In this document: piece after piece, positions 48,802-61,225 of the stretch | Position numbering within the stretch: the stretch's first letter is position 1 | How the letters are laid out: every line of letters starts with the position of its first letter | NCBI GenBank assembly: GCA_002269645.1 | Contig: NIVC01000011.1 | Span: 1 to 64,000, forward strand | Direction: 5' to 3' | DNA length: 64,000 nucleotides | Source of the DNA: Macrostomum lignano | Taxonomy: Eukaryota | The notes under the pieces: model-generated | Seen by the model: only the letters and a program-made list of their open reading frames with translations | Database searches by the model: none | Told to the model about the DNA's origin: nothing | Program-made: the position numbers and the translations under genes

Positions 48802-48999
48802 GTAAAGAATCTTTTTTGAGTTCAATTTTTGCTGCAAAATGTTTTTGTTGCTACTTGTGAGTAGGCTGGTCTCTGTAGTATTTCTCAATCACTGTTATTT
48901 GTCTGCTGATACCGATTCTTTGGATCTCTGAACGCTTGTGTGCGCGCTATGGTTTGGACAATGGCCTGGGATGGTATCTCCGCATCCTGCTTTGTCTCC

Positions 49000-49330
49000 G
49001 ATCTTTATTCCCCTCTCCATCTCTCCCCTCTCTCCCTCTCCCTCTCTTCTCCCCCCTCTTCTTCTCCCTCTCTACTTCTACCTCTCCCCTTCTCCCTCTC
49101 CTCCCCCTCTCTCCTATCTCTCCTCTTACCCCTCCTACTATCCATCTCTCCCCTTCCCCTCTCCTTTTCACCCTCTGTCCTCCTCCCCTCTCCATCTCCT
49201 CTCTCCTTCTCCCCCCCCCCTTTTCCTCTGTCTCTCTCCTTCTCCCCCTCCCCCCTTTTCCTCTGTCTCTCTACTTCTCTTCTTTTTTCCCTCTCTCCAT
49301 CTCCTCTCTCCTCTCCCTCCTCTCCTCCTC
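49000..49330. repeat. CT-rich low-complexity tract
   Basis: Polypyrimidine composition. Confidence 0.85.
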
Positions 49331-49355
49331 CCATATCTGTAAACTGTTATATACT

Positions 49356-49500
49356 CTTCACTGTGCCTTAAGGGGTCGGCCCTCAAAGGCGTTAACTACA
49401 CGAGCAGAGCCAAGCCGAGGTTCCAATTTAACCCCGAAATTAATGTGACTGCAGTTGGAATCGAGCCTGTGCCGATGTGCTAACACTCGTACACCACCCC
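49356..49500 (-). mobile_element. tRNA-derived SINE, family A, copy 3 (5' half)
   Basis: Shares CTTCACTGTGCCTT...GAGCAGAGCCAAGCCGAG...TAATGTGACTGCA.TTGGAATCGAGCCT with the other copies. Confidence 0.8.
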
Positions 49501-49521
49501 AAAATCGCAACCGCACCGCAG

Positions 49522-49899
49522 AACTTCGCCGCCCTGCAATCAGTGGAAGCCTGGTGCGACTCCAGCGAATCTCGCCTCTCTGCGGCTGCCGCGGCCGCCG
49601 ACTCCGCTTCTTCACAGCAGCAGCAGCAGCAGCAGCAGCAGGCAAAGCCGCGCTCAGTCAGCACCAGCGACTTGTCAAACAGCGGACAGCTAGCAGCTGA
49701 ACTGTCCGAAACTGGCCGAAGCCATCTGGCCAATTACGGTGATAAAATGCCGGACAGTTTGAAAGCTCGCGTACAATCGATTATTGACCAGGCAGGCCAG
49801 CTGGCCTCTAGACGGAGAGCTAACATGCTCACCGCTGTGCACAGCTTTCACAGCCTGCTCAAACTGGAGAAGGACTGGATTCGCAAGGCTAATAAACAG
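49522..49899 (+). CDS. DMD: Dystrophin exon (spectrin repeat, poly-Q insert)
   Basis: NFAALQSVEAWCDSSE. 378 nt, phase 0-0. Confidence 0.8.
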
Positions 49900-50278
49900 G
49901 TTGGTTTTGCTTTGCTGGATTGAACTCATTCGGTTAGGGGTGGGTTGGGCATTTCAATTAAAATGGTAACTAATTCTTAAACCTGTGCGTATTGATATGG
50001 CTAGGCCAGGGGTCCGGCACCCGAAGGATCCGGCCTTCGGGTGCTTTGAAACTTCAAAATAGCAATTCGGCCTGTATAAGGATTTCTCTTCTCTAATTTC
50101 CTCCTCTCCCCTCTCCCCTTCTCTCCTCTTCTCCCCACTCCCCTCTCCTAGTTCATGCCTTCTCTCCTTTCGTCTCATCTCTTCTTTCTCCCTCACCTAT
50201 TGTTTCTTAAATCAGTTCTCTTTTTCTCTCTTCGTGTCCTCTCTCTCCACCTCTTCTGGCCCGCACAGTCATGCGAGC

Positions 50279-50886
50279 GGGGGGGGGCATCACAACTCCG
50301 AAAAATCACAACTCCGAAAAATCACAACTCCGAAAAGCGCTTTCCATCATAAACCCGAAATATCACAAACCTGAAATATCATAAACCCGAAATATCACAA
50401 ACCTGAAATATCATAAACCCGAAATATCATAGACCCGAAATATCATAAACCCGAAATATCATAAACGCGAAATATCATAAACCCGAAATATCATAAACCC
50501 GAAATATCATAAACCCGAAATATCATAAACCCGAAATATCATAAACCCGAAATATCATAAACCCGAAATATCATAAACCTGAAATATCATAAACCCGAAA
50601 TATCATAAACCCGAAATATCATAAACCCGAAATATCATAAACCCGAAATATCATAAACCCGAAATATCATAAACCCGAAAAATCACAACTCCGAAAAACA
50701 AAATATCAACACACATCATAAACCCGAAAAATCACAAACCCGAAATATCATAACTTTGAGAGTTCTAGCAATTTCCAACACTATTTTGTTTTTTCGGAGT
50801 TATGATATTTCTGGTTTGTGATATTTCGGGTTTGTGATGGGAAGTGCTTTCGGAGTTGTGATTTTTCGGGTTTATGATGGCGACCC
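50279..50886. mobile_element. Foldback-type MITE (GG termini, ~70-bp TIRs) with an internal 19-bp tandem array
   Basis: 8-bp TSD ATGCGAGC at 50271-50278 and 50887-50894. Unit AAACCCGAAATATCATA(A) is repeated inside and inverted at the right end. Confidence 0.88.
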
Positions 50887-51096
50887 ATGCGAGCTTTTTA
50901 GACGCAACCTCAGTGATTCAGAGTCGCAGACAATATAAAACGCCTCAAATTGACTCTTTTAAATGCGACTCTTCACAGCCACGAAAGTCAAAATGCCGCC
51001 GCTCTATACCCAGCGCGGCAAATTGATTAATAAAATCTGCATCTCAGACTTTCTAAATTAACTCCGTGTTTCATTGATTCTTTTTCACTTGTCCAG

Positions 51097-51444
51097 GTGG
51101 ACAGTTCAATGAGCCGCGAACACCTGGACGCCGAAGACTACTGCACAGATCTGGAACGACTCGAAGCGGTTAATACGTCATACGAAGATGAAGCGAGCAG
51201 TTCTCGTCGCGAGCAGCTCCGTTCTCTGGCTGAATCGCTGAACAGCGTCAATGAGGAAGCATCAGCGTCTGTTGCTGCGGCCAAAGCCGCTGCAGATTCT
51301 GCTGCAGCTGCCGAAGAAGAGCCACCTGAGGATGATGCTAATGATGATGACGTCGAATTAAAAGCTAAAAAAGCTGTAGAGTCGTTTGAAGATTATACTA
51401 GAGAGTTGAACTCGGCTAAGCAGAGGGTGGAGGATAGGATGGAG
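51097..51444 (+). CDS. DMD: Dystrophin exon
   Basis: CTTGTCCAG acceptor, GAG|GTGAGT donor, 348 nt, phase 0-0. Confidence 0.78.
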
Positions 51445-51529
51445 GTGAGTCTTTTTTATTGCTGTTTTAGTTAGCAGAATGTTTTTTAACTAGTATTTGT
51501 AAAAATCACCGTTCTATACCCGTGAAAAT

Positions 51530-51900
51530 CGATCTCCAATCTCCTTTGAGAGTCGCCCTCCAATCTCCTTTGAGAATCACCCTCCAATCTCCTTTGAGAA
51601 TCGCCCTCCAATCTCCTTTGAGAATCACCCTCCAATCTCCTTTGAAAATCGCCCTACAATCTCCTTTGAGAATCGCCCTCCAATGTCCTTTGAGAATCGC
51701 CCTCCAATCTCCTTTGAGAATCGCCCTCCAATCTCCTTTGAGAATCGCCCTCCAATCTCCTTTGAGAATCGCCCTCCAATGTCCTTTGAGAATCGCCCTC
51801 CAATCTCCTTTGAGAATCGCCCTCCAATCTCCTTTGAGAATCGCCCTCCAATCTCCTTTGGGAATCGCCCTCTAATCTCCTTTAAGAGTCGCCCTTTGAT
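51530..51900. repeat. Minisatellite, 24-bp unit
   Basis: GAGAATCGCCCTCCAATCTCCTTT. Confidence 0.95.
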
Positions 51901-52101
51901 CTCCTTTTTTAGGAATCAGCCTCTAATCCCCTTGATAATCGCCCCTTAATCCCCTTGGGAATTTCCCTCCAATCCTCTCTAAGAATCTGTCTGAAACTAC
52001 ACGATAAGCGTCGTAAATACTTGCATATAAAATAATATTCTAACCCCGCAAACCTATAAAGAACCAGTGGACATAATGTTTTTATTCTCGATCTCCACTA
52101 G

Positions 52102-52310
52102 GTCCTGAGCTCGAGTCTGGACAGCATCCAAGACCTGGAGCGTCGCACCAATGCCATGCAAGAATGGCTGCCAGTAGCTGAAGACTTCATGACCAACAAA
52201 ATGGAAGCGGAACTGCTGGCAGCGGACTGTCCCGACGAGGCTGAGAGACTCCGGGCAGAGATTGATCAGCACAGAGAGACTTTGAATAAACTGGATGAGA
52301 CTTACGATAG
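52102..52310 (+). CDS. DMD: Dystrophin exon (not in the plus-strand ORF track)
   Basis: VLSSSLDSIQDLERRTNAMQEWLPVAEDFM...ETYD. 209 nt, phase 0-2, AG|GTAAGA donor. Confidence 0.8.
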
Positions 52311-52359
52311 GTAAGACCTTATTTTGTGGTTTTGAGGTGTTTTGATAATTGATCAATTA

Positions 52360-52950
52360 AAATGGGTGAGATTTTGGATAATCATCATTGTAAACTGGGT
52401 GAGATTTTGGATAGTCATCAATTAAAACAAAACTGTGAGATGTGAGATTTTGAATAGTCATTAATTTAAACTGGGTGAGATTTTGGATAGTCATCATTGT
52501 AAACTGGGTGAGATTTTGGATAATCATCAATACAAACTGGGTGAGATTTTGGATAATCACTAATTTAAGTGCATGAAATTTTGGATAATCATCAATTTAA
52601 ACTGGGTGAGATTTTGGATAATCATCAATTTAAACTGGGTGAGATTTAGAATAATCACTAATTTAAAGTGCATGAAATTTTGGATAATCATCAATTTAAA
52701 CTGGGTGAAATTTCGGATAATCATCATTTTGAAATGAATGAGATTTTGGATAATCATCAATTGTAAAATAGTTGAGATTTTGGATGATAATCAATTAAAA
52801 CAAAACTATGTGAGATTTTGAATAGTCATTAATTTAAAGTGGGTGAGATTTTAGATAATCATCAATTGTAAAATAGTTAAGATTTTTTACAATTAATCAC
52901 TGATTTAGAGTGCATGAAATTTTGGATAATCATCAATTTAAACTGGGTGA
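52360..52950. repeat. Degenerate ~32-bp minisatellite
   Basis: TTGGATAATCATCAATTTAAACTGGGTGAGATT. Confidence 0.9.
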
Positions 52951-52989
52951 GATTTCTAATAATGATATAAATCCCGTTGTATCCCCCAG

Positions 52990-53227
52990 ACACATGTCAT
53001 CTGGCAACAAAGACGCCGCTCTCCGCCTTGAGGGCGTTCGCGACCATCTCCGAGCGAGTTTCGACTACGTGGCCAAACTGTTCAACAGATTTCAGCGGCC
53101 GGCGGACTTCGAGCCAAAATTGGATCGGGTTCGGCGCGAGCTGGAGAGTCTGAATGATCGGCTGCATTTGCTGGATTTGCTGTCTATTGAGCCGGAGGAT
53201 GTGCAGAGGACTAAGGAATTTGCCGAG
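52990..53227 (+). CDS. DMD: Dystrophin exon
   Basis: Phase 2-0, 238 nt. RFQRPADFEPKLDRVRREL. Confidence 0.82.
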
Positions 53228-53284
53228 GTTAGTCCCCGACTTTTAATCGGGATCTTTTGATAGCGCAGTATCGGCAATATTTTG

Positions 53285-54480
53285 TGATCTTTATTCTAGA
53301 GATGAGATTTTGAAGTTTTCTTATTCTAGGGGTGAGATTTTGTATTGATTTTATCATCCTTGGGGTGAGATTTTGTATTTTCGTTTTTCTAGGGTTGAGA
53401 TTTTTATATTTTGTTATTCTAGGGTCGAGATTTTGAGGTTTTGTTATTCTGGGGGTGAGATTTCGATATTTCATTGTTATATGGGTGAGATTTTGTAGTT
53501 TTGTCATTCTTGGGGTGAGATTTTTTAGTTTCGTTATCCTAGGGGTGAGATTTTGTAGTTTCTTTATTCTAGGGATGAAATTTTGATGTTTCGTTATTCT
53601 AGGGGTAATATTTTGTAGTTTTGTTATTCTAGGGGTAATATTTTGTAGTTTTGTTATTCTATGGGAAATATTTTGTAGTTTCTTTATTCTATGGGAAATA
53701 TTTTGTAGTTTTGTTATTCTATGGGAAATATTTTGTAGTTTTGTTATTCTATGGGAAATATTTTGTAGTTTTGTTATTCTAGGGGTAATATTTTGTAGTT
53801 TTGTTATTCTAGGGGTAATATTTTGTAGTTTTGTTATTCTAGGGGTGAGATTTTGATATTTCGTTGTTCTAGAGGTGAGATTTTGTAGTTTTTTTAATAT
53901 AGGGGTGAGATTTTGTAGTTTTGTTGTTCTAGGGGTGAGATTTTGTAGTTTCGTTTCTTTATTCTAGGGATGACATTTTGATGTTTCGTTATTTTTGGGG
54001 TGAGATTTTTTAGTTTCGTTCTTCTAGGGGTGAGATTTTGTAGTTTATGTATTCTAGGGGTGAGATTTTGTAGTTTCTTTATTCTAGGGGTGAGATTTTG
54101 TAGTTTCTTTATTCTAGGGATGAAATTTTGATGTTTCGTTATTCTAGGGGTAATATTTTGTAGTTTTGTTATTCTAGGGGTAATATTTTGTAGTTTTGTT
54201 ATTCTAGGGGTAATATTTTGTAGTTTTGTTATTCTAGGGGTAATATTTTGTAGTTTTGTTATTCTAGGGGTAATATTTTGTAGTTTTGTTATTCTAGGGG
54301 TAATATTTTGTAGTTTTGTTATTCTAGGGATGACATTTTGATGTTTCGTTATTTTTGGGGTGAGATTTTGTAGTTTCGTTCTTCTAGGGGTGAGATTTTG
54401 TAGTTTCTTTATTCTAGGGGTAAGATTTTTTAGTTTCGTTCTTCTAGGGGTGAGATTTTGTAGTTTGGTTATTCTATAAG
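53285..54480. repeat. Minisatellite, ~30-bp unit
   Basis: TATTCTAGGGGTGAGATTTTGTAGTTTTGT. Confidence 0.95.
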
Positions 54481-54771
54481 TGAAATTTTTATTTTTCGGT
54501 CTTTTTTCTTGTGGGATTTTGATGTTTAATGATTTTTTCTGGGTGAGGTTTGTTAGTTTAAAAGTACATTAAAAAGTACATTTACCGAAGATTAATACTC
54601 ACCTCAGCTCCAGATGTTAATGTTGATATAAAATTTAAACATCCAGACCTCTTGACTAATCTATGAAATATTGATTAAACTCTAGCTAAGCATAATGGCA
54701 GTCGCCACTCACTGTACGTGAATTATTAAATTTCAACTGTCAATCACAAATGAATTTAATCGATTCCACAG

Positions 54772-54927
54772 AGTGTGTCCGCCCAGCTCAGCGAGCTGCA
54801 GCCCGATCTGCAATACGTTGTGGCCACTGGCAAACAATTGGTTGAGCAGAAGCAGGTCGACTTTCCTAAGCGGTTATTGGCTGAATTAGGACGTTTAGAA
54901 GGCCTGTTTGATCGACTGTCGGAGCAG
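54772..54927 (+). CDS. DMD: Dystrophin exon equivalent to human DMD exon 33
   Basis: SVSAQLSELQPDLQYVVATGKQLVEQKQVDFPKRL aligns without gaps to [34 protein letters not shown]. 156 nt, phase 0-0. Confidence 0.92.
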
Positions 54928-56159
54928 GTGAGTTTCATTTTTTATTTTGATTTAAAACTCATTTCTTTACTTATAGTAGCTTGAATCATGGAAAATTTCT
55001 TTATGCAACATTTTTTATTTTTTGCATGCTTTTAACCTACTTTAAGTAGTTTGATTCAAAACGTAAATGTTGTTTAAAAAAATACAATTTGAATTAAAGA
55101 TTGAAGCGCACGTTAAACTGGTAAGTTTCTTATATTTCACAAGAACAATTATTTTCTTTCTAGGAAAATTTTGTTTTTCGCATTTATTTTCGTCAATTAT
55201 TCCTGAAGTATTAAAATACTGAGATCTTATTTATGAGAAATGATATACAAAAGCACTGTACACTCTACATCTCTTTCCTCAACCCTTCGTCGGTGATGAT
55301 TAGCTGGGATTTTAGTACCCCCTGTCCAGTTTTTTCTGACAACCAGATTTTATAATACAACAGGGATTCGACTGTGACGTGCGCCGTTCTGAAACATTTT
55401 TTCTGGTTGGATGCAGCCAATCCCCTCTCGTAACCTCTCTTCTCCTCTCTTCATTTCCTTTACAAAAATTGCTTCGCCTCCCCCACCACACCACCCTGCT
55501 CGAGGCCGGCTGAAGCCAATGGGGATTTAAGTACTAATCCCTTGCGCGTATATAAAATCTTTATCTATATCTCTGTACAAGCGCTAGTCACCTCTCATCT
55601 GCTGTCTCATTTTATCTAAATCATACGACGTTCGTTTTCGAATCTTTAAAAGAACAACAACGATAGTAGTTTCAACTATTGAAGTTATTTATTAATTTAG
55701 GTAAGTCTATAAGCTTATAAATACGCTATTTTCCTAAATCTTTCTCTTTTATCTAAAACAAAATATGTAGCGAGGCACTAAGTAGGTGACGAGGAATCTC
55801 TATAAAACAGAGTTAATATTTACTCCCGCCGTATACCCTAGTTTTACAAGCTGAAGGGCCAAGTTAAACATTTAATAAACTTTTAATTGGCAGTAAGTAT
55901 GTCTGCCAACTTTATTTGGTTGCGCTAATTATATGATAATTAGCTAGGCATAACCTACTGCGTTATTATCTTCCCGAGCATTGAATTGTATTCTCAGATA
56001 CTCCTACAGGGGCTTCTATGCAAGTAGGAGTAGGACTCCTACATGCATTTTGTGCAGCTTGCAAGGGTTCCTTAATATGTTCTATTTCAAGCTATATGTG
56101 ACTTTTCTGGGCATATTATCAAATATTGTAGAATATTAGTAGTCGTAGTAGTCGTAGTA

Positions 56160-56525
56160 GTAGCATTAGTGTGGCATTAGCATTATTATTAGTGTGGCAT
56201 TAGCATTATTATTAGTGTGGCATTAGCATTATTATTAGTGTGGCATTAGCATTATTATTAGTGTGGCATTAGCATTATTATTAGTATGGCATTAGCAGTA
56301 TTATTAGTGTGGCATTAGCATTATTATTAGTATGGCATTAGCAGTATTATTAGTATGGCATTAGCAGTATTATTAGTGTGGTATTAGCAGTAGTATTAGT
56401 GTGGCATTAGCAGTAGTATTAGTGTGGCATTAGCAGTAGTATTAGTTTGGCATTAGCAGTATTATTAGTATGGCATTAGCAGTATTATTAGTATGGCATT
56501 AGCAGTATTATTAGTATGGCAGTAT
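56160..56525. repeat. Minisatellite, 23-bp unit
   Basis: CATTAGCATTATTATTAGTGTGG. Confidence 0.95.
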
Positions 56526-57214
56526 TCGTCAAGTTAAAAGTGCATAGTCAAAAAAGGTCTGCTTGTGCGCATATATAATTATTCTCTACTGTACCTCTTT
56601 CGAGCCACATCAAACAGGTTCCCATTCTATAGATATTAATGGAGTTGGACAGTTGAGACCGAGCTTAACAGATTAATTAGAAAGCTAATGGCAGATAAAA
56701 GTAAATTTTCTTTTTGCTTAATCTGCCTGTTTTATTCCTGATAAATTACAGTACTTTTAGAAAGCGACTGGAGTTGAAACTGACAATATAATATACTTAC
56801 TATGGCTTAGCTACTTGTTAAAAAATGCAAATTTAAAAGTACATATTCGACAGCAAAAACTATCGCTGCATTGAAGTTATCCAGTTGATTGACATGCCGT
56901 CAACGGGCGGGGTAGTCAATGTGTTTAGAAGTGAAATTCCGTGTATTCATCTATTTCTAGCCCCTGGCCATTACATTGCTGCTGCACCCATTGTTCAGTT
57001 CAATTTTAACCGGACATGTCTTTCTGCACACAGGTTTTTTTCTTTGACAACTTCCTTTTTAAAAATATGAAATGCAGAAATGTTTATTTTGTCTCTTTGT
57101 GAACCGTTTTTCCTGTTCTGTTAGTAATGATTCCGATGGCTCTTGTGGTTTTTTGTTACCCTGCTAATGTTATTAGACTGCTGTCTGTCTGGTTACTGAT
57201 TTGGAAGATGCTAA

Positions 57215-57269
57215 TGATGTCTGCCTGTGTGTCTGTCTGTCTTTCTATCTGTCTGTGTGTCTGTCTGTG

Positions 57270-57340
<71 letters not shown>

Positions 57341-57353
57341 GTGTCTGTCTGTG

Positions 57354-57424
<71 letters not shown>

Positions 57425-57435
57425 GTGTCTGTCTG

Positions 57436-57482
<47 letters not shown>

Positions 57483-57490
57483 GTGTGTGT
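57215..57490. repeat. (TCTG)n microsatellite
   Basis: Direct reading. Confidence 0.95.
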
Positions 57491-57673
57491 CCAAACGCTT
57501 ACACATTCGCACTATAGGTTTAACTGTCGCTGTATTTAAATTTTTTAAAACAGTCAAATAATGCTGTTTCTTTCTTTTAAGTTCTATTGAAATAGTAACA
57601 ATGCACTTGATTAGGGCCTGGCAAACTTTTACAGCCGATAATGACAATAAATTGCTAAAAACAAAACCTACAG

Positions 57674-58315
57674 GTGCAGCCGGCTCTTGATAAGCTTGCC
57701 AAGGCGCTGCCTCTAGTAGAATCGCTTGACGCTGAACTGCAACAATTGCGCTCTTGGCTAGAAGCAGCTGATGAATTTCTGCAACAGCCAGCAAAAGAAG
57801 CTGAAGAAGACAATGGCAGTAGTGCTCAGACTTGTCGCGATTTGAAGCATCGTCTTGACAATCTTTCCAATCAAATTATTCCGGCTATTCTACAGCGGGT
57901 GGAGGCTCTGGGCGACCTGACGGAAGACCTGCCGCCAGTTACTGACGCATTCGACGATATCGAGCAGTTAATAGTGCAATTCGAGACTAAGAAATTTGCT
58001 ATTGAAACTCGAATGTCAGATCTGGATTTCGATATGGAACAGCAGCAGCAGCAGCAGCAGCAACAACAGAAATTGCACGAACGCAAAGAATCCGAGGCAA
58101 CGTCTGCCGATGTTGAAGATGTTCCAGTTGACGAAGTTGCTAGCGGTCTGCTGGATGATGAAGCTCTGGCTGGCCCAGCCTCTGCTGCGATGCTCAAACT
58201 GGACGATATCGGCGGCAGGATTAGCGAAATCGAAGCCCTCGTTGAGGAGCTGCTGGCTGCTAGAGAGGCTGAGTCGGGCCGTGCTGCTGCACTGGTTGAC
58301 CCGGCAGTGATTTCT
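57674..58315 (+). CDS. DMD: Dystrophin exon (spectrin repeat, poly-Q); the gene continues beyond the window
   Basis: VQPALDKLAKALPL...LQQLRSWLEAAD (cf. VTERKQQLEKCLKL...LTEWLAATD). 642 nt, phase 0-0, TCT|GTGAGT donor. Confidence 0.85.
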
Positions 58316-58364
58316 GTGAGTCTGCTTTGAATTTGCTGCTCTTTTCTGCTCCAGCATTCATCTT

Positions 58365-59180
58365 GTCACTCTAGTCTAATCATTATTGTCACTCTAGTCT
58401 AGTCATCATTGTCACTCTTGTCTAATAAGCATTTTCACTCTTGTCTAATCATCATCATTGTCACTCTTGTCTAATCATCATTGTCACTCTTGTCTAATCA
58501 TCATTGTCACTCTAATCTAATCATCATTGTCCCTCTAGTCTAATCATCATTGTCACTCTAGTCTAATCACTATTGTCACTCTAGTCTAATCATCATTGTT
58601 AATCTAGTCTAATCATCATTGTCACTCTAGTCTAATCACTATTGTCACTCTAGTCTAATCATCATTGTCACTCTAGTCCAATCATCATTGTCACTCTAGT
58701 CCAATCATCATTGTCACTCTAGTCTTATTATTATTTTCGCTCTAGTCTAATCACCATTATCTCTCTAGTCTAATCATCATTGTTAATCTAGTCTAATCAT
58801 CATTGTCACTCTAGTCTAATCATCATTGTTAATCTAGTCTAATCATCATTGTCAATCTAGTCTAATCATCATTGTTAATCTAGTCTACTCATCATTGTTA
58901 ATCTAGTCTACTCATCATTGTTAATCTAGTCTAATCATCATTGTCACTCTAGTCTACTTTTAATTGTCACTCTAGTCTACTCATCGTTGTTAATCTAGTC
59001 TACTCATCATTGTCACTCTATTCTACCCATCATTGTTAGTTTAGTATTATCATCATTTTAACTCTAGTCTAATAATTGTCACTTCAGTCTACTCATCACT
59101 GTCACACTAGTCTACTTTTCATTGTCACTCTAGTCTACTCATTGATTTCATTCTGGTATACTCAACCTTTGTCACTCTAG
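58365..59180. repeat. Minisatellite, 23-bp unit
   Basis: TGTCACTCTAGTCTAATCATCAT, with starts at 58505, 58528 and 58551. Confidence 0.95.
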
Positions 59181-60134
59181 AGCTGCCATATCTTGTCAAG
59201 TTTTGTCTAGTAACCTGGTCGATCTAGTGTGCTCTAACTATCTTCTAAATGTAGGCTACTCACCCAACCTTGTCACTCAATGTTTAAAATAACAGAAACA
59301 ATGCAAACTTTACATCTTGGAATATATCAGAAAGTTAAAATATGCAGTTTGTTTGTATTTGCATTTTACACTACTTGTTTTTTGCTATTATAAGTAGTAT
59401 AAAATATTTTTTCTGGGAAAGTTTTCGTAAAACGAGTAGTTATACTTGAACGTTCATAAGAAGAATATGAAAGAAAAAAAAAACAAAAAAAATAATTACG
59501 TAAATGCAAATTTCCGAACAAATGAATTAGAATCGATGCCCGGAAATAATGCAGCTTAAAAATTCCCAAATCTGTCGCCGTGTTGACTTCATTCCCACCG
59601 TGAAATCTGGTTTTAATTTCGGAAAAAATCTCCTAGCTTCGAACTTTTTTGCGTCGGAAACCAGATGATATGAATTATTAAAATTCGTTTTATTGAAATG
59701 CTCCGGAGTGTGCGGTCAGGGATCTGGTTCCAATGCTTGAATGGCTCCTACATACTTGTGTATATAAGCTAAGTGCTTTTTTATATAACAAGCACGTAGC
59801 CTTGTGGTTTACTTGTGTTCCAATGCCTTTCATCCATTAGCTAATTCTATTCTAGAACAGATAGGAAGTCAATTCTGACAATGGCTTTCAATAGTTATAG
59901 TAGCTTAAGTCACTTCAATATTATGCATAAGCGTGTTAGTTTGGCTTTTTTGATTGACAAGTTGGTGGATGAAGACTTCTGAAGCCGTGCATTTATAGCA
60001 CGCGCGCACATCAAATTTAGCCCGTTTTAGCTGAGGCGCGAGTCAGAAAAAAGTGCGCGTCAGGGTTGCGCTCATCGAATTTGCCGATCAAACGTGCATC
60101 AAAATTAAGACACACCGAAATGAGCGCGTGTTAG

Positions 60135-61225
60135 CAAAACGCGAAGTAGCATAAGCGCGCATTAGCATAAGCGCGCATTAGCATAAGCGCAAAGTAGCAT
60201 AAGCGCAAAGTAGCATAAGCGCAAAGTAGCATAAGCGCAAAGTAGCATAAGCGCAAAGTAGCATAAGCGCGCATTAACAAAAACGCGTAGCATAAGCGTG
60301 CATTAGCATAAACGCGCAGAAGAATAAGCGCAAAGTAGCATAAGCGCGCATTAACAAAAACGCGTAGCATAAGCGCGCATAAGCATAAACGCGTAGAAGC
60401 ATAAGTGCGCATTAGCATAAGCGCAAAGTAGCATAAGCGCAAAGTAGCATAAGCGCGCATTAACAAAAACGCGTAGCATAAGCGCGCATAAGCATAAACG
60501 CGTAGAAGCATAAGTGCGCATTAGCATAAGCGCAAAGTAGCATAAGCGCAAAGTAGCATAAGCGCGCATTAACAAAAACGCGTAGCATAAGCGCGCATAA
60601 GCATAAACGCGTAGAAGCATAAGTGCGCATTAGCATAAGCGCAAAGTAGCATAAGCGCAAAGTAGCATAAGCGCGCATTAACGAAAACGCGTAGCATAAG
60701 CGTGCATTAGCATAAACGCGCAGAAGCATAAGCGCAAAGTAGCATAAGCGCGCATTAACAAAAACGCGTAGTATAAGCGCGCATTAGCATAAACGCGTAG
60801 AAGCATAGGCGCGCATTAGCATAAGCGCAAAGTAGCATAAGCGCGCATTAGCATAAGCGCAAAGTAGCATAAGCGCGCATTAACAAAAACGCGTAGCATA
60901 AGCGCGCATTAGCATAAACGCGCAGAAGCATAGGTGCGCATTAGCATAAGCGCAAAGTAGCATAAGCGCGCATTAGCATAAGCGCAAAGTAGCATAAGCG
61001 CGCATTAACAAAAACGCGTAGCATAAGCGTGCATTAGCATAAACGCGCAGAAGCATAAGCGCAAAGTAGCATAAGCGCGCATTAGCATAAACGCGCAGAA
61101 GCATAAGCGCGCATTAGCATAAGTGCGCAGTAGCATAAGCGCGCATTAACATAAGTGCGCATTAGCATAAATGCGCAGTATCATAATCGCGAACTGGCAT
61201 AAGCGCGCATTAGCATAAGTCCGCA
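60135..61225. repeat. 16-bp-subunit satellite with a ~109-bp higher-order repeat
   Basis: AGCATAAGCGCAAAGT / AGCATAAGCGCGCATT subunits. Near-identical ORFs are offset by 109 bp (60351/60460). Confidence 0.92.
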
